64,000 nucleotides of DNA, from the NCBI RefSeq assembly GCF_021869535.1, contig NW_026262637.1, forward strand, positions 30,876,001 to 30,940,000. Direction: 5' to 3'. Under the pieces are notes generated by a model, which was given only the letters and a program-made list of their open reading frames with translations, was not told the origin of the DNA and made no database searches. A program made the position numbers and the translations under genes. This DNA comes from Mytilus californianus. Taxonomy: Eukaryota. This document shows, piece after piece, positions 11,153 to 22,214 of this stretch (the first letter of the stretch is position 1; each line of letters starts with the position of its first letter).

Positions 11153-14100
11153 ATACAAAGTTAACATTTGTGCTATTTCCGAACATTGGTTACGTACATA
11201 CCAGCTTCATGTACTTAACACTATAGATAATAACTTTGTCTCCATAGCAAAAGGTGTGGACATACATACTCCTGAATCAATGTCATGCAACAGTCGGTGT
11301 GGTGTAGCCTTTTTAGTGTCAAAAGACATTGTTCCATTTGTTACTGAAATAGACATTGACAGAATCATCGGCATCCAAGTTAACTTACCTAATGTACAAA
11401 CTCTTATTATTCTATCGATTTATTTACCAGCTACAACACAGCCTCATCAATTGTACCAGTATAATGTCGAACTTTTGCATGAAATTTGTTCTGTATATAA
11501 AGATGTGGGATCTGTCATACTAATGGGCGACTTCAATACAAAGATTCAAGGCCCGCGGTATAAATTTAATCCCGATGAAAGAAGTAGGCTTATGTATTCC
11601 TTAATACTAGAGTACGAATTGTTTTCAGTAAATACGCAAATGTTTTGCCATGGACCAGTAACAATGTTTCAATCACACGACGGTGGTCCGTCCACTGGTA
11701 TCGATCATATTCCTATGCCACTATCAGAAATTAGAAAGGGATTAAATGCAAAAGTTATAGACAGTCAACCTTTTTCAGTATCAGACCATCGACCAATATT
11801 AAGGTCAATAACATTAGAAAACTCAGTTTTAACTTACACTGAAGTGACCAATCAACTCGTTCCGTTTCGTGGGATCGTGCACGCAAGTATGGTTACATAC
11901 ATGATTATTTGTTCGCATTATCACAACACTTGTGGACGGCTGAATTTCCAAGACACGAAATTAATCAATTCATTATTGAGGAGTACTACAACAAGATAGT
12001 GCAATTAAGCAAGCCGAACAAGAGGCATTGCCGTATTCTATATTCAAACCTAATCTACAGCCATACTGGAATAAAAGTCTCACACATTTGCGCGACATAA
12101 TGCGTTTGAACAGATCGAATGGTTAAATAACTGTAACTGCCATGATATAAAATGCCGCGGATGTGTTTAATCATTACAAGCAGGCGAAAAGGGCTTTTCG
12201 TGACGCTCAGAGATCCGCTATTGACGAATACGAAAGTTATATTGCGCAGAAAATTGAAAATGACATTGACGTTGACCAAAAATCCGTATGGATCATTCTT
12301 AATAAGCGAAAACAGAAGCCACACACCTGTACAGCTTTAAAGAAAGATGGCACTTTATTTACGGATAGTAACGATCTAATGAGTATATGGTATGACCATT
12401 TTCAAAACGTTTTTTCACAATCAGTGTACAGTGAACCAGACCGTGAAACCTACATATCTGACCGCGTATCAACCATTCGTGAAAAAAAATAGAACAATCA
12501 ACGAGGAGGATGATGTACAATTTAGTTACTCTGATGTCATTCACATTTGTTCGCATTTGAAAAACAACAAAGCGTGTGGCCATGATCGTATTGCATACGA
12601 ACACATCAAATACGGGGGAAAACTACTCTTGAAACATTTACATCACTTGTTCAACATGATAAAACAATGCGGATATATACCTGGTGAGTGGCGAAAAAGC
12701 ATTTTTTTCCTTCTTTTTAAAGGTGGAAATAAACCTCGCACTGATACTAACTCATACCGTGGGATATCTCTAGTGCCAATTAAGTATCGCAAAAATATTT
12801 GAAAAATTGCTTGAGAACGAACTTACAAAATTGAGACCTGATTTTCCGAATCACCAGCAAGTTGCTTACCAAAAACAATTAAGTAGCAAGAATGCATCAT
12901 ATAATTTACAAGAAGTTACATTTCATCACATTGATAAAAGTGGACCCGTCAACATCGTCCTATTAGACAGTACTAATGCGTTTGACACTGTCCCACACGA
13001 CGGTTTGCGCATCAAACTCTACGAATATGGCATTTCGGCAAAATTATGGTGTCTACTTGATAATATGTATTCTGATCTCACGAGTGCGGTATTCTCTGGT
13101 GGAAAGTTGTCAAATTGGTTCAAATTGCATCGTGGTGTTAGGCAAGGAAGTATACTTTCAGCGAAACTGTACCTAATTTTTATCAACGACCTTATAGAGA
13201 AATTAGAGTCTTGTCAACAAGGTGCTTTTATACATGATCAAAACGCTAGCTCGCCTATTCAAGCTGACGATATTTCAATAATTGCAACTGATCGCCAATC
13301 TTCACAAGTTATGGTCAAAATTTGCGAGGAGTACAGCATCCGTTGGAGCTTTGCGTTCTCAGCAGGGAAAAGTCAGCTCTTACATTTTGGTAAACGTACA
13401 ACTGGAACTGATGTGCTACTATATAATGAACCAATATCGACAGTTAAGACAGCAAAAAATTGTAGAGTTAAGCTATATACGTGCCTTAAGTCGATGGATC
13501 GTACAATAGACGTTTGCAGAACCCTGCGTGCAACCGTTATATCTTTAATTCGTCTAGATGTTCATCCAGCTATTTTAAACCCTATTGTATGTTCAAAATT
13601 TGTAAAACAAGTGTGTTATCCGAAGGCGTTGTACGGATGTGAACTATGGGGCAAACTTACTTCAACTGAATGGTTAATGTTAGAAAGAACTCAACACTAC
13701 ATTTACAAAAATATTCAAGGTTTACCGAGACGCATACGAAGTGATATGTGCCTTCCGATGATCGGTTGGTTCAGCATTGAAAGCTATGTGGACGAGAAGA
13801 AACTTCTATTCTTAGGACGGACATGTAATCTTCTGTGCGAATCTGTATCTTTCCGTATATTGATTCGTAGAGTTAACGACTTAAAATACAATGACAGAAG
13901 CCATCCAAATTTGGGATTTACTGTTGACATTATGAACATTTTTCAGAAATATGATTTATCGACATATTTTGATAATTTCTGTGAAACCGGACTTTTTCCA
14001 ACACCTCTAGTATGGAAGCGTATTGTGAAAACAGCAGTGGCCGCTTTCGAGATTGTTAATTGGACAAGACGTATAAACTTTGATGATGACTTTGTTGTTT

Positions 14101-14530
14101 TTAAAACGATCAAAAAGCATATGTACCTCACTCTGCATGGACTGTAGCATTGAAGCATCCAAACCTACGAAAACAAGCACATTATTTGATTTCTGTTTGC
14201 TGTTTAGTAAGAGACAATGCCAATGGGCAATACATTCTCTGTGACAGATGTGGTAAAATGTTTTGGGATCCATTACTAAAAAGTAGTTCACGCTATTGCT
14301 TCATGTGACTATCTCGACGAAACACGTGATAACTTTTGGTGTGAAATTATAGATATCAATCCAATAACTTTCAGTATCTTCCTAGCAAACATGTCTGATG
14401 AAGAACTTTTTTATTACTTACTATCCGGCAATTCGGACAATTTCCCACTAGAAACTGACCAATTAGAGACATTCCAAGCCATATGCGTTCGATTTATCTA
14501 TAAATTTGGAACTTTACTACGAGATTAAAA
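11055..14530 (+). pseudogene. LINE ORF2 (apurinic endonuclease plus reverse transcriptase), several frameshifts
   Basis: Motifs are spread over ORFs 11055-11999, 12163-12492, 12392-12802, 12807-14147 and a downstream knuckle. Confidence 0.88.
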
Positions 14531-15472
14531 TAACTGTAATATTACTGACACTTACTTATTTCAACTGATCATGACATTCTGATTTAACTTGCCTATTTTG
14601 TTCAATTGTTTAATTTTGTGTTTATTTTGTTTATTATTTACACTCTCCTTCTGGAGGCAATAAAGAATATATATATTGTGTTTAAGCAGACACGATCTTT
14701 TGACCCAGACTATATGAATTTTTATATTACAAATCTCATATTTTTTCCATATTTACGGAATAATCTATGATCATCTATAACTAAAAGAACTTGTTTTTTT
14801 TTCTCACTTTCTTGTTCCTTTTATAATGTTATTGTTCATGTAGTTTAATTCAATCCTATTATCATATTGAGGAACTTATCAGGCGCGGTTTCAAGCGGGA
14901 AAACAATCTTATAGTGGAAGAATAAATGTAATATTATGATTTTTTATATGAACACGACAATTTAATTGAAAAGAAATCTGAGTTTCCTTCATTTACAAAT
15001 TCAAGCTTTTATAAAAAGTCATCTTGGAACGCACGTTATATATAAATGAATTTAAATAATCCTGAAATTCCTAGTGCGTATTTAGTCGACATTTTTATCT
15101 GATATAAATTTGAACATGTTGAAAACCAATTGTTCGAGGTCTGATTTTCTAGAGTTGTTTTATTTTTAACTATTGATTCATTTCCTAACTCAGCTTTACG
15201 CATTAAATTTAGTAGATAGTAACCAGTACATTCGGGTTTTCTTCAAATATTATAAAAAAAGAAACAAAAACAAAAACAAAGAAAACAAAATATTCTTCCT
15301 TTCTTTTTTTTAACTCGAAATAGTATTTTCAATTTATTGTGATATGCTTGTTTTAGGACCTCTGCGTTTCCTCCATGAATGAACTCTTGCGTTCCAACCT
15401 TATTCTGTTGCAAGTGCTCCTCTATAAAACGCCAATTGAGTATTTTATACTGCGATGTACACACAATTTTGA

Positions 15473-16327
15473 CTACACATTATCGTCTGTAAATAAGTGG
15501 GTGAATACATCCAGTTCACTTGCAGTCTGTTGTGTTTCGGCACTACGGTCCCCGTTTCCGTGGGACGATGAGGACGAGCTGGGAACAGCTGCCAGTTTAG
15601 TGCACATTGCAGGTTCGCTTGAGGAATCACCAACCCACGTACAAGAAGTCGGGATAACATTGTGAACTTCTGCGTTATGGTCTACAGAACTATGAGTCGG
15701 TTTTTCTGGTACAAAATGTTTTCCTGTCACACCAGTCGTTTTTTCTGTCCTTGGGACTGGTATTTCTGGTATTGGTTGTAGTTTAGGTGGCGAAGATATA
15801 TAACAGGGAGATACACATGTATTATGAACATAATTGTTTTCAAAAGGAGACTCCTGTCCTGACGCAGTAGATTCTGTCTGTGATTTTGATGCCTCTTTAT
15901 CATGTATCATGCTTGGACTCACCAGAGAAGTTATAATCCTGGACATTTGATTAGAAATGGTTTTATCATAAGGTGAGGTGGCGGGGGTGCTGCTGTCCTC
16001 GACATGAGTGGGTACATTTTGCTTTTCCTCTGTACCATCTGGTGACAGAAAATGGTGAATTTGATACACTTTGCTAGATGTCGGACTAATTACATCTGAA
16101 GCGACTCGATATGGGTCGTCAAATGTCCTCGACCGTTGTGATGTTGCATCAGAAGGCTGTGTTTGTGTTCGCTGGCTGTTTGGATTGATAAAAATGTTGG
16201 AACTTGAAGACTCTGACGGATTCTGCGCAATGTTTCCACCAAACGTTCCAATAGCCACACCTCCGGGGACCGACATTATGCTAATTACATTATGAGGCGT
16301 TGGTCCACAGGTTCCCATTGACATATT
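15473..16327 (-). CDS. SLC16/MCT gene, probable last coding exon (S/T/P-rich cytoplasmic tail)
   Basis: 283 aa ORF; acceptor cttgtag| at 16328 is phase 0 and matches donor CAG|gtaagt at 18094. No family motif, so it is assigned by splice phase only. Confidence 0.6.
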   Translation of the reverse strand, partial: NMSMGTCGPTPHNVISIMSVPGGVAIGTFGGNIAQNPSESSSSNIFINPNSQRTQTQPSDATSQRSRTFDDPYRVASDVISPTSSKVYQIHHFLSPDGTEEKQNVPTHVEDSSTPATSPYDKTISNQMSRIITSLVSPSMIHDKEASKSQTESTASGQESPFENNYVHNTCVSPCYISSPPKLQPIPEIPVPRTEKTTGVTGKHFVPEKPTHSSVDHNAEVHNVIPTSCTWVGDSSSEPAMCTKLAAVPSSSSSSHGNGDRSAETQQTASELDVFTHLFTDDNV

Positions 16328-18093
16328 CTACAAGTTTATAGTAAACATTTTCAACAGTCACAATTTAAACAAATGTTACAAGAACAATAAATAGATGTTT
16401 TTGGCTAGAGGTATAGGGGGAGGGTTGAGATCTCACAAAACATGTTTAACCCCGCCGCATTTTTGCGCCTGTCCCAAGTCAGGCCTTTGTTAGTCTTGTA
16501 TGTTTTTTTAATTTTAGTTCATTTATATGTTTTGGAGTTTAGTATGACGTCCATTTTTACTGAACTAGTACACAATTTTATTTAGGGGCCAGCTGAGAAC
16601 CACCTCCGGGTGCGGGATTTCTCGCTGCGTTGAAGACCCATTGGTGGCCTTCGGTTGGTTTCTACTCTATGGTCGGGTTGTTGTCTCTTTGACATATTCC
16701 CCATTTCCATTCTCAATTTTATTTATCTCTGAGATAATATGTTATCCTCAATTGACAAAGACATGCATATTTGTTTTCGTCTATTGTTTTGTCAGAAATC
16801 AGACTGTTGGATTTTTTATTTGAATTTTTTCACATTTTGTCATGTCGAGCCTTTTATAACTGACTATACGGTACGGGTTTTCCTCATTTTTGTAAACCGA
16901 GACATTTGATTAAATCCGCTGCTTTTGGGTTTTGTTGGAAAGTTGTCTAATCAGCAATTATACCGCCATCTCCTATTTTTTTTTTTTTTATAGTTTACAA
17001 TAAAGCATATGGTTTAACAGTGGATCACGAACGAAAGCCGGAATAGGAAGTAAAGAATTTATCGTCCACCATGTTTTTTACTCGATTCATTATCTTTCTT
17101 AGTGAATAAGCTCAGTGACGAGAACATATGTATGATGGAACTGGTATTGAAGTCCATCTTCCCGTACGATAAAGAATAAAATTTAACCAAAAAAGTGAAT
17201 CCATGATTTAGTGGTAAAGAGTTAAGAAAATGCATATTTTGCAACCTCGACAAAAGATTGAGTACAATTAATACAAATAATAAAAGGGTAATTTAGGTGT
17301 GGACTAAAGTTAAAACCAAGCACTAGTCTATTTGTTCTACAAATGGACTAAACATGAAAGAAATCCAGTTTTTATCACTACACGCGAATAATTTTTCACA
17401 TGTGCTTTGATTATGAGGAAAAGCTGACATTCAAATACAACTGTATGTTTGTTTAAGGGTCATGTTTTGTATAAATCTGTACAAATAATTGTATGAAATG
17501 AGAAAATCGGGTTACTTTTTAGAGTTATCACCCCACCCCCTACCTGAACTAACAAAATGTGTTTGACTTGCAGTGATTTCAAGATTGACTAGCACCCCCG
17601 AATTAAATGTTTCAAGCAGTCGAATTTCTCAAAAAAGGGGTATAAATTTTCGGTTTATCATAGCGTTTGTGACGGTCAAAATATATGGTTGATTGGTTGT
17701 TATTTGTTTAACGTCAAGTGGTAGGTATTGAAGAATATTTAGACTGAAAACAATAAACCCAGTACGTAGATTTTGCAAAGTTGGTCATAATGTCACTGGA
17801 AAAAGAGGATATTTCTTAGGACACATACGGACACCATATGAGTTGTTGTAAAGATTCTTTAATGTGCAGAGAGCTCTACACTCTCCTTGCAAGAAGACGG
17901 TTTGAATTAACATCTCCCGCATTCCGGACTGACGAGTTTGGAAGAGCATTTTACATCCATCTCAGTCAAACATTGTCAAACGAATGCCCCTTTGTAGTGC
18001 AATTGAATATTTTGATTTTCTATTCTTTAAAATCAAACTATTGAAATCCGTTAGGAATATTTGTGGCATTTGCCTTTCGAAAATTGAACTTAC

Positions 18094-18581
18094 CTGTATC
18101 ATATCACTTCTGGACTTTTCTGAACTTTTAGCAGACGTTTGGGAAATAAGGTGACCTGAAGAAGTTTTCAGGAGTGTTGCTATCATCTGTGCATTTTCAT
18201 GGAACATAGCTAGGGCTTCGTTAATATCAATTGGAACATGAATAGATGCTGGCGATGTTGATGTTTCTTGGTCTTTGTATCGTTTTGTTTTAAACCTTGT
18301 TTGGCCTTTATTCTTAAGATCTTTAGAGCAACCCAGATCGGTAAGCGTTGCTGACGAAGCATTTTCACGATTTCCAAGCGCCCGTGACTCTAGAATAACG
18401 TCGTCTCCAAAATCATAGTCATCTGCCACGTTGTACTCACTAACAGCTATCATGACATTGTCAGTTTGGGACGTACGCTGTGCCCAAGGTATCAGGAACA
18501 AAACCAACGCTCCGCAAATGATTGGAAGACCAGCCAAGTGGAATGCAAGGTCATATGACCCCATCATGTCGTATAAAGCTC
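18094..18581 (-). CDS. SLC16/MCT exon (TM12 and start of C-tail)
   Basis: GALYDMMGSYDLAFHLAG is a typical MCT TM11-12 motif; acceptor cgacag|, donor CAG|gtaagt. Confidence 0.85.
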
Positions 18582-19264
18582 CTGTCGAAATGTAAAACTA
18601 AGATAAGTATCTTTAATTATTTTATAAGAAGGATTCTATATACTTGGTAGATAGATCACCTGGCCAAAGGTAACATCAAATGATATGAAAGTGTGGCATG
18701 AGAAATCCAACAACATTACAACAGACCTATATGTTACTGTACTAAATTAATACCCGAAGGGTGAAAATCTCTATGATGTAGCAAGGTCACTGCAAGTATG
18801 TCATTTATGAATAAAGAAGTCAGAGTGGTTAAGTACACGTCAATGAGACAGCAATCCAACAACACAATTTTTAGCAAAGGAAGACTAGTGTGCATTTATA
18901 TACAAATGATTAAATCAACGTAGGCGACCAAAAAATTGACATGAACGCCATTACGGTCGTATCCTGGATCAGAAAAAACTCGCAGATATTCTTGACTTTG
19001 GCAGAGTTTGAGTGGTGTTGTGATATCAGTGGATGATAGGTAGCAATCGTATGTGTAGGTATGGTCAATATGAAGTTTCATACCTGCAAAATTACCCATA
19101 AATATGATCATAAATTATCAATGCAGTTTCGTTTCCACACCGTGATATCGGCAAGATGCATAACATAACATAAACTTGTGCGTTATTTAAACTCCCTCTT
19201 CAAAAACACTTACTGGAGTCATTAATATATAAACCTCAGTGAACAACGTATATAATTAACTTAC

Positions 19265-19634
19265 CTGCTAGGGGTGGTCCTGCGGTAAATGTTACTGAAC
19301 TGGTACCAACCAAGAAACCCCAGGCCAACACTGTATTGTCTACGCCAACCAATGTTGTAGTAAGGACAGGCAGTAAGACAACATAGCACCCATCCACTAG
19401 TCCAACACAGATTACATAAGCTGCAATTCCAGTGAAGGATTTCAAAAGAGGTAATAACATTACCCCGGTCCCAGTTACAACCATCGAAAACTGGTGCATG
19501 TGTAGACGATTCAAATAGCCATGCTGGATAATTTTCCCAAACACTATCCGACCAAATGCTGTACAAGCTCCAAGCATCATGACAAATATGGCCCCCTTTT
19601 CTGGAGGAATGCCACAGTCTTCTGCATACGCAAC
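19265..19634 (-). CDS. SLC16/MCT exon (TM8-TM11)
   Basis: Contains the conserved TM8 Arg (AFGRIVFGKI) and AGPPLAG; acceptor tttcag|, donor GCAG|gtaa; phases are consistent. Confidence 0.92.
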
Positions 19635-19988
19635 CTGAAATTAAGTTGCATTAGCCTGTGGCATATTATTCCGACGGTTGTCGTTTATATTATGTAAAAT
19701 GTTTGGATGTTTGGTTTTAATTTGATTTAACCAGATGGTAATACATGCTTTTATTTCTTTACAGTTTTTTTGTTGTTTTTTTTTTTTTTGCTTTTGAGAT
19801 TGTGCTCGCAGCTTTTAAAAATTTTAAATGATAAAATGAAAACTGATATCACATTTTTTTTTTAGATACCAACTAAAGACGTTTGCAATGCACCCAAACT
19901 TGAATTAAGTAAGTAAGAGATCACATGTGTATTTCTATTTTAGGGGTAAGTGAGTATGGTCAATATTAAAAAAAGATAGTATACTTAC

Positions 19989-20563
19989 TAAATGAACGTA
20001 CGGAATGTAGAACCCAAACATAACTAGAGTAATGGCTATTGTCCAAATTACAAACACACGATTCTTCCAGAGTTTTAGATCCTGAATAATCAGACGAATT
20101 GGTGATTGTTTCAACTTCTGCTCGTCAGTTTTCTTTTGGTTTGAAATCGGCTTGATGAACAACGAACAAATAGCACTAACCGAACACAGTCCGGCATAGC
20201 ACCGGAATGTACTTCTCCAACCATAGGCATCAATGAAGGCTTGAGACATTGGTGCGTAAATGAGGGTTCCAAAGCTACTTCCAGCAGTCATGATACCGAC
20301 TGCAATTGTCAGGTACTTGTCGAAGTATTGCGTGGCAATAGTCATAATCGGAGTTATACATAGGCATGTCCCAATTCCGTAGAAGACGGAAAATGTAACA
20401 AACATCATCTCTATTGAATGGACAAACGATGCCGCTAAGATTGATGCCGAACAAAGAAATGCTCCCAATACCATTACAATTCTGTTTCCAAATCTGTTTA
20501 CCAACATCGAAGCTATAGGTCCAAATGTCATAGACAGTCCATATGCTAAAGAACCGACCCAGG
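19989..20563 (-). CDS. SLC16/MCT exon (TM2-TM7)
   Basis: AWVGSL, GPIASMLVNRFGNR, QYFDKY..IAVG, YGWRSTFR and FYIPYVHL are MCT10-like motifs; acceptor atttcag|, donor TTA|gtaagt. Confidence 0.93.
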
Positions 20564-21047
20564 CTGAAATATAATCAAACTTGCCTTAATGTCGTGTTCC
20601 GCTTAATTTCAATATTTTTTAAAGGTTTTATAATAAGTGACAGAGACGAAAGCATGAGTAACGTGAAAGTTTCCCGGCATTGAAACAGTATGTAAGGTTG
20701 CTTTATTATTCATTTTATTATTGTTTTTGTTTGTTTTAACTACAGATTAATTAATAAACTACAGATTAATGTGGTTTGGGAAGGAGACAGATTTGAAAGT
20801 ATTTTTAAAATGCAACAGTATTTATTCTTTCATAAAGTGTAGATGTAATATTAGTCATTTCAGATATATATGGTATATTTCTTAACCTTCAAAAACCAGG
20901 GCCCTGACGATCTAACTTATGTATTGGATGACACGATGGACATTAGAGGGTTAACCCTCGGGTGATAAATTACGGTCATTTGGATCTGTCATTAGAATGA
21001 TAACAATATGATTATATAAGAGCAATGACTTAATATTTAAATACCAG

Positions 21048-21154
21048 GAGTCGGTTTCACAAAAAAACTTACGACTAAAATTGATCGTAAGTCATGAACA
21101 ATTCAATATACTTACGATCAATCTTAGTCGTAAGTTTTTTTGTGAAACCGACTC
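21048..21154. mobile_element. 107 bp palindromic MITE (Harbinger-like, CAG target duplication)
   Basis: 45 bp arms with one mismatch, 17 nt spacer, flanked by CAG on both sides. Confidence 0.8.
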
Positions 21155-21309
21155 CAGACCCTTTGACGTACGTTTGGAGTATTATCCCGTTGTATATTAA
21201 CTCTTATATTCAACTGAGTACACTGTTTGTAGATATTTTTGTTGTTGGTTTGCTGTCTCGTTGACGTTTACCCCACATATTCTATCTGCTATTGACAGTA
21301 AAAATGTAC

Positions 21310-21514
21310 CTGATTTTTCCTTTGTTATTTTGAATTCTTCAATAAATGCAATAAAGAAAGCTCCGAATCCATGCAAAACACCAACAATAATGACCCTGGC
21401 AATGAATCCACATGCACAAACAACCCACGAATAATACGAATCTTTTTTATCATTTTCTTTATCAAGTAGATTATTTGAGGATGAAAATTTCAAAGATGAT
21501 TCGGAGTCCGTCAT
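21310..21514 (-). CDS. SLC16/MCT first coding exon B (N-terminus plus TM1)
   Basis: KKDSYYSWVVC matches the MCT signature [D/E]G[G/S][W/F][G/A]W region; donor TCAG|gtacat, phase 1. Confidence 0.85.
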
Positions 21515-21702
21515 GACCGTATGGAGTCGTTGTTGAAGGAATTCCTATGGGAACAATAAAGCTACTATTATGACATCATTGCTTTTTGTGCACACAAAAT
21601 AACAACTTCCGTATTTTTAGATACCTGAACTATTTTTGCAATCCTCGTAATCTGCGTGCTTTTTAAGTACGTAAAAATAGGTGGGTCATGCAGAAAACTT
21701 AC

Positions 21703-21904
21703 CAGCTTTAGATTTTGAAGATTTGAAATCCTTGGTAAATTCCACAAAGAACACACCGAATCCATGCAAGACACCCAAAATCAAGATTTGGGTCAACCAC
21801 CCATTGAAACAAATAAACCAAGAGAGTTTAGAATCTTTCTTGGCAGTCTCAGAACTATTCACTGTACACTCAGTCTGAATGAGAGATTTTTCCACCGAAG
21901 ACAT
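21703..21904 (-). CDS. SLC16/MCT alternative first coding exon A (paralogous N-terminus plus TM1)
   Basis: KKDSKLSWFICFNG...GVLHGFGVFF is homologous to exon B; donor GCTG|gtaagt, phase 1. Confidence 0.82.
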
Positions 21905-22214
21905 CTTACAAATTTACAAATTATCTATGTGAATGATGCATTTACAACGCTCTTGAACTCTTTAACTTTCCTGCCTTTTCCATCACTGATAGTTTCGAAG
22001 GACGACGTTAACGTCATAAGCATGTGACGTTTGTAATGTAAAGGCAATGAGATTCGTGTAGACAAGGGAATCCAAACTCGTCTCCAATTAAAACACTATA
22101 ATGTAGGGGTGATTTGCACGGTTTAGTCACGCAATTTCAAGGGAAATATCCATTCGAGGAGAAACATTTTGTTTATATTTGAAGTGTTTCCCAAAAAGGA
22201 AACAAACTTTTTTA

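Larger units (their letters stand above)
10077..14676 (+). mobile_element. Near full-length non-LTR retrotransposon (RTE-X/CR1-superclade-like), ORF1 plus APE-RT ORF2, frameshifted
   Basis: APE motifs ISEHWL, MGDFN, IDHI, SDHRPI; RT motifs RGISL, AFDTV, GVRQGSILS, QADD; C-terminal CDRC...H...C knuckle at about 14240-14310; 3' end GGAGGCAATAAAGAA(TA)n. Confidence 0.88.

Noticed and set aside
16395-16725. Segment recalled as an abundant Mytilus interspersed repeat (similar recollection for 7180-7280 and 16825-16980)
   Set aside because: Single copy in the window with no termini or TSD I can demonstrate; recognition is from memory only.
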